A stretch of 64,000 bases of DNA from a virus, in IMG/VR virus record IMGVR_UViG_3300017971_000013, positions 39,596 through 103,595 of that record. One strand, written 5' to 3'. This document shows, piece after piece, positions 27,279-35,165 of this stretch (position 1 is its first letter; each line of letters starts with the position of its first letter). Below the pieces are notes generated by a model that saw nothing but the letters and a program-made list of their open reading frames with translations, did not search any database and was not told the DNA's origin. The position numbers and the translations under genes are program-made.

Positions 27279-28987
27279 TTGAAAGCACAAAACCTAATAT
27301 AGATTTTGCGGCAAGAGACACAGCTTTTTTGACTATGTCAGCGCCGCAGAATGCTAATCTAGCTGTCGGAGATCATGTTGAATTTAACTTAGTTGAAGGA
27401 AACATCCCGTTATCTGTAGGAGCCGGACAGGCTAACGGTGTTTTGACTTTAACTAACAGCAAAAAATATAAACTAGAGGCCAATGTCTCTTGTGCGTTCG
27501 GCGCAACAAATGATTCGTGCTCATTTGTCTGGTATGACACAACAAACAACACTGAGATAGGGAAAAGGTCTGATTGTTTCTCTGTTTCTGGTTCAGCTAC
27601 AGAGAGTTCTGTCAGCACCGTGCGCGCGGTGGTAACGCCAGGGGCAGACATAAACGTAGAGCTTAGAATTATCGCTGTCAGCGGTACTGTTACACTCATT
27701 TCTAACTCCTTTGCAAATGGGTGGGTAGAGAGCTTAGAGGCGTATATAAATGTAGTGCCAACTTTTGATGTTCATGTTCCCACTATAGAATATGACACGT
27801 TCACTGTTGGCATACACGACTCTACAAACTGGTCTGGTTCTGCTTTTGATTCTTTGGCGGATCGTCAAGCGGCAGATATAAACAGAAATTTCTCTAACTA
27901 CACACAATGTTTTTGGCGCTTGTATGAAAGAGAGGTAGGCACTAACCTTTTGGTTAATTACTGGGAAGGTTTGCAATTTGCCTCTATTGCCGCTCTTTAC
28001 ACCTTCATAAGAAATAACTGTGTAGAAAGTGGGACGGCTCCAGGGACACCAGCCAATGATATCATCGCTACTGCTTATGATATCATTGATGACACGGTAC
28101 AGCGCGTTAACCGTATTTATGGCCTGAATACTTTTCTTGCTATATTGAAAGGTCGGCGCAGGTATTTGTCATCCAACTTTGATGAATGTGTTTTAGACGA
28201 AAATCTGTGTTCGTGGGGACAGCTTGGTAACTGGATTGATGATCTGAATGCCAACGCGCCTGGGTGGCTTAATCCACTTTCGTCTTGGGCTCCAGGTTCT
28301 AATGAAGAGAATATTGTTTGGTTTTCAAGGAACATAAAGAAACTTTATGGGCTTCCAAACATCTCTACTGTGTTTATGAATCTGACTGCTCTAACAAATA
28401 GACGTGTTTGGGATTGGGGTGCGTCTGCTGTGGTCGCAGCCCCTCTTGGTGGTTATCAGGGCACAGGGCCGAGCGGAGAGCCTAAGATTTATTGTTCGTT
28501 GGATATGCCTACTCAAACGTGGACGTTTTTTGACACTACGTTGAGAGATCATTACGTACAGCAGTTTAACGGAGATAAATCTATTATAGTGCTTTATCAA
28601 CTGTCCAGTACTGCCGATCCGAACAAAAGAGCTGTCTTAGCAAAGCCTCTTGGTATAGATAGGGTTTCGATTCCTTGGTTTGATTCTTCTGTGTATGACT
28701 TATACGCTCTGTATAATCGTAAGAATCAGACACACAATATTCGCGGTCCTTTGACTAGTACCTTCGAAGATGTTATAGCTAATAAGAAGTGGGTGTTGAA
28801 AGATCAGTGGATGCATCCTTCTAAGTTCGATACTAAAGCTTCTGCAAGAATGGTTGGTACTCAAGAGTACACAACTAGATTCTTTTTGCGGCATAAATCT
28901 ACAGGGCGTATCTCAAAGCCTAGCAGCGCCAGAATAGTATGTGCCCAGAGGCACAGAGACGCTATGTTTAAATTTGAGGTACGTTAA
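27275..28987 (+). CDS. Unknown protein, paralogue B: N-terminal C1q/BclA-like beta domain + domain shared with 25495-26745
   Basis: ATGA-coupled start 27275; N-terminal VEFN..GNI...GVLTL...YKLEANVS jelly-roll pattern; followed by hairpin array B. Confidence 0.8.
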   Translation: MIESTKPNIDFAARDTAFLTMSAPQNANLAVGDHVEFNLVEGNIPLSVGAGQANGVLTLTNSKKYKLEANVSCAFGATNDSCSFVWYDTTNNTEIGKRSDCFSVSGSATESSVSTVRAVVTPGADINVELRIIAVSGTVTLISNSFANGWVESLEAYINVVPTFDVHVPTIEYDTFTVGIHDSTNWSGSAFDSLADRQAADINRNFSNYTQCFWRLYEREVGTNLLVNYWEGLQFASIAALYTFIRNNCVESGTAPGTPANDIIATAYDIIDDTVQRVNRIYGLNTFLAILKGRRRYLSSNFDECVLDENLCSWGQLGNWIDDLNANAPGWLNPLSSWAPGSNEENIVWFSRNIKKLYGLPNISTVFMNLTALTNRRVWDWGASAVVAAPLGGYQGTGPSGEPKIYCSLDMPTQTWTFFDTTLRDHYVQQFNGDKSIIVLYQLSSTADPNKRAVLAKPLGIDRVSIPWFDSSVYDLYALYNRKNQTHNIRGPLTSTFEDVIANKKWVLKDQWMHPSKFDTKASARMVGTQEYTTRFFLRHKSTGRISKPSSARIVCAQRHRDAMFKFEVR

Positions 28988-28999
28988 CAGTGTTTTGGC

Positions 29000-29089
29000 G
29001 GTTCGCTCGATTAAAGACGAACTGCGTTAGGTTCGCTCGATTAAAGACGAACCGTATTTGGCCCGCTCGATTAAAGACGGGCCACATAT
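29000..29089 (+). repeat. Array B: three tandem 30-nt hairpin repeats (candidate structured RNA)
   Basis: GGTTCG-CTCGATTAAAGA-CGAACT / GGTTCG-CTCGATTAAAGA-CGAACC / GGCCCG-CTCGATTAAAGA-CGGGCC; invariant 12-nt loop; double compensatory change TT/AA to CC/GG. Confidence 0.9.
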
Positions 29090-29092
29090 TCC

Positions 29093-29146
29093 AATAATTC
29101 CCCTCTTGTGTAACTTTCTCCTACATGAGAGGGGAATTATTATTTC
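29093..29146 (+). terminator. Long inverted repeat closing array B (terminator/processing hairpin)
   Basis: AATAATTCCCCTCT (29093-29106) / AGAGGGGAATTATT (29128-29141). Confidence 0.65.
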
Positions 29147-29219
29147 CTGCCCTTCTATCTGCTTGCTATTCCTATCCCTTGTAGATTCTTCTAGCTTTAT
29201 AAAAAAATTGAGGGTTAAT

Positions 29220-32009
29220 ATGTCTAACAACACTGGAAGTATAACTTCAAGCGAGTTATTTGGTGCTCCTGCTTCTGGCTCTTCATCTTCCTCTATTTGG
29301 GATGCTGATGCGGATACAGGCGTTGATGTTGAGGCAACACCGGATAATGATACTATCTTTGGGTATACAAATGATGGCGCGGGAAATCCCTTAGCTCGGT
29401 TTTCCATCTCTCAGCCAGGCGAAGCATCCTTTGGACAGCTTGATGGTCGGGTGGGGACCGAGTTTTTTAATGTCTTGGGTGGGGATACTTTAGGCTTAAG
29501 CGCTGGTTTGCTGTTAGATGCTGTGGATGGTGCAGGCGGCGGATACGATGCTTTTTTAGCCATTGATAGTGATTTAGCTGGTGGTGGTAGCTCCGCAGCC
29601 GTGATCTTAAGAAACAATGGCGGAAACTCTGTGGCTTGGACAGCGCCATCTGTCGCTCCAGGTTCCGACTTGTTTTTTGCTCTACCAAATACGCAAGGCG
29701 CAAATGGCCAGGTATTAGCTAGTAATGGTGTTGACAGCACTTATTGGACTACTGTTGCCACTTCAGGTATTTGGGACACTGATGGTGATACAGGTATAGA
29801 TTGTGAACGTACTCCAGACGTAGACGAGATTTCTTTTTATACAGGAGATCCGTCTGTCGAACGAATGCGTTTGGGTGGTAACGGTTTACGTATTGAGCCT
29901 GGTTCTGTGTCTGGGACTGCTACAGAGATTTTAGAGATACAAGGTAGTTCAATTGGCGGAGATATTCGTGCCAAGGCAACAAATATTTTAGGTCTGCCAA
30001 CTCAACCAGGCACAGCTGGTTTAGATATGGATGTTTCTGGGCTGGTTGGTTCTATTTACATGTCTCGTAATGATGGCTTGTGGCTAGAATCTGATGGGAC
30101 AGCCTTAGGACGTCAGGCGCCTATTCATATGTCTGTAGATTCTACAGAGATTGTGACTGTTAATTTTGATTCCGGTTCTGTTCCTGGTTATTTGGGCTTG
30201 AGTCAATATGGTGCTGGTGCAGGTGAGAAGTCAGAGCTAAGGTTTTTTCTGGGAGATGTTAGCTCTAATTATGTTGGTTTTAAGGCGCCGGATGCAATAC
30301 CTACTTCTGAGATATGGACATTACCAGCGGCGGATGGAACACCTGGTCAGGTTTTATCTACCAATGGCGCAAATGTTTTATCTTGGGTTGGAGGCGCAGC
30401 AGATTCAGATTGGTCTGGAGCAGCTACGGGTATGTTATATCCGACCAACATTACAGATAATGTAGCTATAGGAAACGCGACGCCAACATATACAAATCGT
30501 GGTTTGTGGGTAGAAAATGCTGGAGCCTATGGAGGTTCAGCACAGTTAAGAGGAAGCGCAGCTAGGCTCGAACTTTTTTCTTCTGGTAATGCTGCTGGTG
30601 CCAGAGCCATGGATATTGTTGGCTATTCTGACGCTTATCATATACGGCTGTTAGATGATGGCTTTAGCACACAATCTGCTGGCATTTTGTTGTCGGCATC
30701 ATCTTTTATTTTAAATGACAACTATGCTGATGTAGATACTCAGATTTTTGGAAACTCTGGTTTGGTTCCTCGTGTGCATGCTGATGGCGCGACAAAGACA
30801 GTTGGTATAAATACTGCTACTCCTGGATCTCAGCTACATGTGACAGACGATACTGCTTGTGGTGTTTTGGTCTCTGCTTTTGGAAATGGAGCAGGAGATT
30901 ATCCTTTTTGGTTTATGTATCGTGGCAGGAATGTTGAGGCCGCGCCCAATTCTGTGCTGACAGGAGATATTCTTGGCAGCGCCGATTTTAGAGCTTTTGA
31001 CGGTACAGGAGCAGGAGACGCTGGTTATATTGCTATGTACGCCAATGAGGATTGGTCTACTGGTAATACTGGATCCAGGTTAGTTTTAGCTACTACAGAA
31101 GATGCCAATGCTACTTCTGTTGAGAGAGTTCAGATAGATGATGATGGTGTTGTTCAGGTTTTAACTAATTATATAGATGTGCATCCGAAAGGAACGGCAG
31201 CTGGTGATGGTGGGACGGTACGTTTTAGAGAATTAGCAGCAAGCGGCACTGATTATGTAGGGCTTAGTGGGCCAGATGCAGCAACAGCAACACAAGACTA
31301 TAAACTACCGCAGAACTATCCTTCTGTGGCAGGAGATGCTCTCACGTGTGATGGTTCAGGAAATATGGGGTGGGCAGCAAGAGACTTGCGATGGTCTGCA
31401 ACTGCTGCTGGAACCTGGGCATCTACTAGCACATTTACTGTCACTGATAACGCCACCAACCAATCAATCTTTGCAACTGGGCGTCCAATCAGATTTAGAC
31501 AAGCTGCAGGTACTTGGCGTTATGCAATTATTACTGACTACACAACAGGGACAATAACTGTTGCTGGTCATCCGATTACAAATGCTGCCGAAATGACAGA
31601 AATGGAATGGGGTAACTTTGATCGTGTTCAGACCCTTTCTTTTGCTATTAATGGCGAATTTGCGGATGGCGCAAGCACTTCTCTGATTGAAGATGATTTA
31701 TTTACTTTCTTTAAATGGACGATGGCTAAGGCTTATTGTGTACTCATTAGCCATCGTGTGACAGACGTGGATACAGGCGCATCGCAGCCGCGTGTTAACT
31801 TAAGAGTGAACGGTCAGCCTGTTTCAACTTCTAATACTAACGCAGGACGAGATGTTTCTACTTCGTGGGTAGATACTGTTGTAGACATCGCTGTAGCTAA
31901 TTATGATATTAACTGGGGAGAAGCTATAGAGATTTCTACTGATGCTAACGGTACAAATAATGATGCCAGAAGTCTGTCACTACAGGCCACCTTTGTATTT
32001 GAGGATTAA
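29220..32009 (+). CDS. Long tail fibre protein
   Basis: Start moved to ATG 29220; repeated WD.D.DTG.D.E.TPD.D.I.FY and LP..G..GQVL..NG...W fibre motifs; VGINTATP. Confidence 0.85.
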   Translation: MSNNTGSITSSELFGAPASGSSSSSIWDADADTGVDVEATPDNDTIFGYTNDGAGNPLARFSISQPGEASFGQLDGRVGTEFFNVLGGDTLGLSAGLLLDAVDGAGGGYDAFLAIDSDLAGGGSSAAVILRNNGGNSVAWTAPSVAPGSDLFFALPNTQGANGQVLASNGVDSTYWTTVATSGIWDTDGDTGIDCERTPDVDEISFYTGDPSVERMRLGGNGLRIEPGSVSGTATEILEIQGSSIGGDIRAKATNILGLPTQPGTAGLDMDVSGLVGSIYMSRNDGLWLESDGTALGRQAPIHMSVDSTEIVTVNFDSGSVPGYLGLSQYGAGAGEKSELRFFLGDVSSNYVGFKAPDAIPTSEIWTLPAADGTPGQVLSTNGANVLSWVGGAADSDWSGAATGMLYPTNITDNVAIGNATPTYTNRGLWVENAGAYGGSAQLRGSAARLELFSSGNAAGARAMDIVGYSDAYHIRLLDDGFSTQSAGILLSASSFILNDNYADVDTQIFGNSGLVPRVHADGATKTVGINTATPGSQLHVTDDTACGVLVSAFGNGAGDYPFWFMYRGRNVEAAPNSVLTGDILGSADFRAFDGTGAGDAGYIAMYANEDWSTGNTGSRLVLATTEDANATSVERVQIDDDGVVQVLTNYIDVHPKGTAAGDGGTVRFRELAASGTDYVGLSGPDAATATQDYKLPQNYPSVAGDALTCDGSGNMGWAARDLRWSATAAGTWASTSTFTVTDNATNQSIFATGRPIRFRQAAGTWRYAIITDYTTGTITVAGHPITNAAEMTEMEWGNFDRVQTLSFAINGEFADGASTSLIEDDLFTFFKWTMAKAYCVLISHRVTDVDTGASQPRVNLRVNGQPVSTSNTNAGRDVSTSWVDTVVDIAVANYDINWGEAIEISTDANGTNNDARSLSLQATFVFED

Positions 32010-32012
32010 AAT

Positions 32013-32918
32013 ATGATTATTTTGAATACAAGGGAATACAATGGCTATAATATGGATGATCAGGACACTATGTTGGCAACAGGTGATGAAACTATCACCG
32101 GAGGTTCTGGCACAGTATCTACCGGCACAGTAACTACTGGAGGAGGAGCAACCACATTAATTGATTCTGCAGCTACTTTTGTGACTGATGGTGTGGCTGT
32201 TGATGATGTGGTTATAGTGCCTACTGATAACACAGCAATAGCAAAGGTCACTTCTGTGGATAGTGAAACACAGCTGACCACAGAAATTTTAAGCGGTGGA
32301 TCTAGTTACAATGTAGGTGATGGTTACTCTGTTGAGAATTGTGATTCTTTTACAGAAAGCAGCCCCAACGCTAGAACTGGGCTTATTTTACCAAATGCAT
32401 CGATAACTACTTCAGGTAAGATAGGGGATGCTTTTAATTTCGACGGAAACTTACAAAGCATTGTAACTTTTGGTAATCTTCCAGCTTTTGAATTAGGTAG
32501 CAACGACTTTACTATGGATGCGTGGGTGTATCCTACTGTAAGCTTTTTTGGTGCCATTATAGCTAAATACAGGGTCAGCATAGGTTGGTTATTCAGGGTG
32601 AATGGGACGTCGGTTGATTTTTACACCGGAACAGGTGGTATTCTTCTAGGTTCAGCTGGAGGTACCGTACCTTTAAATCAATGGACGCATGTTGCCGTTG
32701 TGCGTAAAGGGAATCAATGGCGTCTTTATGTTAACGGTGGTATAAGAGATTCCTTGAATTCTAGCCATGTAGTACCTACTTCTAATGAACAACTCTGGCT
32801 GGGAAGACAGAATTATCAAAGCCGTGTTTTGACAGGACGTATAGACCATGCCCGCTTGAGCATAGGAATGGTGCGATGGGAACGTCCTTTCGAACCTCCT
32901 GCACGTGTGTTTTACTAA
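32013..32918 (+). CDS. LamG/concanavalin A-like lectin domain virion protein
   Basis: DFTMDAWVYP, NQWTHVAVVR, LYVNG and GRIDHARLS. Confidence 0.85.
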   Translation: MIILNTREYNGYNMDDQDTMLATGDETITGGSGTVSTGTVTTGGGATTLIDSAATFVTDGVAVDDVVIVPTDNTAIAKVTSVDSETQLTTEILSGGSSYNVGDGYSVENCDSFTESSPNARTGLILPNASITTSGKIGDAFNFDGNLQSIVTFGNLPAFELGSNDFTMDAWVYPTVSFFGAIIAKYRVSIGWLFRVNGTSVDFYTGTGGILLGSAGGTVPLNQWTHVAVVRKGNQWRLYVNGGIRDSLNSSHVVPTSNEQLWLGRQNYQSRVLTGRIDHARLSIGMVRWERPFEPPARVFY

Positions 32919-32928
32919 GGAGATACCA

Positions 32929-33225
32929 ATGCCTATTGGAAGAGGAAACATTAGTGATAGTCCAGGAGGAGGCGGCGGACCTATTGCTGCTAATCTTGTT
33001 ATTCTTGATACCACAAATTTTGATGGGGCGTTAGGGCCGGGCGATGTCAATGTGCAAATCGCCATGGAAACCTTAGATGATGCTATTCCTGCAACACTAA
33101 GCGGCGCAGGTTCGCCGGACGGCGTTGTAAATGGGGCATTCGGACAAGGTTATTATGACACAACAAATTTACTTTGGTACAAATGCACATCTGATCCGTC
33201 CGGGTTAAACTGGACGGTAATCTAA
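32929..33225 (+). CDS. Small virion fibre-like protein
   Basis: AAGGAG RBS; shares an N-terminal motif with 21667; C-terminal GSPDGVV.G..G..Y.DTT..WYK..W motif. Confidence 0.7.
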   Translation: MPIGRGNISDSPGGGGGPIAANLVILDTTNFDGALGPGDVNVQIAMETLDDAIPATLSGAGSPDGVVNGAFGQGYYDTTNLLWYKCTSDPSGLNWTVI

Positions 33226-33265
33226 CATTGCCATGTGGCAACTTTAAAAAAGGGAGAAAATACTA

Positions 33266-35086
33266 ATGGCACTTAGCTCTACTTACAAACAGCATAATTA
33301 CCTTGGTGAATATGCAAATGATGCCGCAGCTCTAACTTTTCTTCAGGCGTGTGAATGGGATACTAATTCAGACGGAACTGGTAACCCTAGAAACGGTATG
33401 TGGTACTATGATAGTACCAATAATAAATTTCGTGCCTATATAAATAGCGCTTGGGCCGATATGGATACGGGAGCGGCTATTGTAGATAGACAGGATGTCT
33501 ACGATCAAGACCCGGCGGTTCTAGTAACCGCAGCTGGTGGTGCGCACGGCGCAACACTGAACGACAATGGCGCGGAATTTGAAATTGGCTCTGGTGGCGC
33601 TGACCAGTTTAATCTGACACGCTCAGCGCTCGGTGAAATAACCGCTGATTGGGATCTAGAATCTATTGACGCGGATGTGGCCGGGGATGTCGCCATTACG
33701 TCTACAGGCGGCAATGCGACGTTTGAAGGTGACTCAGATGTCACTCTTCAATCTACCAGCGGCTCTGGCCGTGTGTTGATACAGGCTGGCGGTGGCGATA
33801 TTGACGTCGATGCCTCTCAGATCACCCTTGACGCGGGCTCGAATTTCAGCATTGACGCTACTGGTTCTGCGTCGAATGTCAGCTGTTCTGGTGGTGACCT
33901 GACTGTCTCTGCTACTGGTGCAGGTAATGACTTGTTGCTTTCGTCAGCTGCCGCAGAGGTGGATATCACTTCTGGTACGTTGATGGACATTAATGCTGGC
34001 GCTAATTTAGATATGGATGTCACAGGTACGTGTGATATCGATTCTACAGCTGCTATGACGTTGACGGCAGCAGGCGCGGCGCTTAACCTTGTTACTACAG
34101 GTTCTGGTGATGTTGTTCTGAACGCGGCTGATGATATCGATGCCAACAATAACATTATCAAAAACGTTGCTACGCCCACGGCCGGTTCTCATGCAGCTAA
34201 CAAGAGCTACGTGGATGCTGCTGTTAGTGGTTTGCAGTGGCTAGAACCAGCAGATGTAAAGGGCTATATTGGTTCTAGAACGATCGCAGAAATCAACGCT
34301 CTCACACCGAGCGCTGGTGATGCTGTTGTTGCAGCTTCTGCTGGTACACCTACTGCAGGTACTTCAGATGCTTTAGCCATTGGTGATATTGCAGAATATG
34401 ATGGCACTAGCTGGCTACAAATTGTAGCTAACTCTGGTGGTTTTCCTCCTGCAGACACTCGGGCGCTTGTTGCCGATGGTGCCGCTACTCTTTATGCTCC
34501 TCTTACTGATAATACGGACGAAGGTAAGGTTGCAGAGTGGGATGGCACCTCTTTAACGGCTACACTTGATACACCTGATGATGGTGATGCTATTTTGATT
34601 AACGGAGAAGGTTCTGTTAATGAGAATAAGCAATTTGTATTTGATGGTTCTGTGCCCACTGGAACGTGGGTGCAATTTGGTGGCACAGGCCTGGCACATA
34701 GTTCTTTATCGGGATTAACTGCTGGCGATGACCATACCCAGTATGCTCTGCTTGCTGGCCGTGCAGGCGGACAGACTCTTATTGGTGGTACTGCTGCCGG
34801 TAATGACCTGACTCTTACTGGTTCTTCTGGTGGTGGCGGTACTATCATTATGTCTGATGATGTAGACATGGGTGGTAGTCAGCAGATTACAAATTTGCAA
34901 GCGCCAGCAGCCAACGGAGAAGCCTTGCGTTATGAAGACTCGCCTATTGTGTCCACTAATGCTGGTCCCCCTGAAGGTTCTGTCACGGCCACTAAAAATG
35001 GCGATATTTGTGTAGATACTACAAATAGTCTTGCTTATATTAAGACTTCAGGTGGCGCTACTAACACAGGCTGGGCTGTGATGTAA
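33266..35086 (+). CDS. Tail-fibre-like protein
   Basis: N-terminus shared with 35166; HAANKSYVD and HSSLSGL..DDHTQY fibre motifs. Confidence 0.8.
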   Translation: MALSSTYKQHNYLGEYANDAAALTFLQACEWDTNSDGTGNPRNGMWYYDSTNNKFRAYINSAWADMDTGAAIVDRQDVYDQDPAVLVTAAGGAHGATLNDNGAEFEIGSGGADQFNLTRSALGEITADWDLESIDADVAGDVAITSTGGNATFEGDSDVTLQSTSGSGRVLIQAGGGDIDVDASQITLDAGSNFSIDATGSASNVSCSGGDLTVSATGAGNDLLLSSAAAEVDITSGTLMDINAGANLDMDVTGTCDIDSTAAMTLTAAGAALNLVTTGSGDVVLNAADDIDANNNIIKNVATPTAGSHAANKSYVDAAVSGLQWLEPADVKGYIGSRTIAEINALTPSAGDAVVAASAGTPTAGTSDALAIGDIAEYDGTSWLQIVANSGGFPPADTRALVADGAATLYAPLTDNTDEGKVAEWDGTSLTATLDTPDDGDAILINGEGSVNENKQFVFDGSVPTGTWVQFGGTGLAHSSLSGLTAGDDHTQYALLAGRAGGQTLIGGTAAGNDLTLTGSSGGGGTIIMSDDVDMGGSQQITNLQAPAANGEALRYEDSPIVSTNAGPPEGSVTATKNGDICVDTTNSLAYIKTSGGATNTGWAVM

Positions 35087-35097
35087 TAATAAACCAG

Positions 35098-35142
35098 AAA
35101 ATACCCTCGGCTGGATGTCTGGTCGGGGGTATTTTATCTTTT
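35098..35142 (+). terminator. Rho-independent terminator
   Basis: AAAATACCCTCGGC/GTCGGGGGTATTTT stem with a T-rich tail. Confidence 0.7.
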
Positions 35143-35165
35143 GATTGACAACTTGGAGATAAGAA

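Noticed and set aside
25495-28987. Diversity-generating retroelement (TR/VR pair) acting on the paralogues
   Set aside because: Similarity is visible only at the protein level. No near-identical ~100-nt repeat with adenine-specific mismatches and no reverse transcriptase were seen in the window.
29006-29017. Array B loop as an ochre-suppressor anticodon loop (GA-UUA-AA)
   Set aside because: It lacks the Y32-U33 signature and any tRNA body.
26789-29089. Arrays A and B as CRISPR or TIGR arrays
   Set aside because: There are no unique spacers: the loops are the conserved part and the linkers are only 3-6 nt. No cas or Nop-domain gene was recognised.
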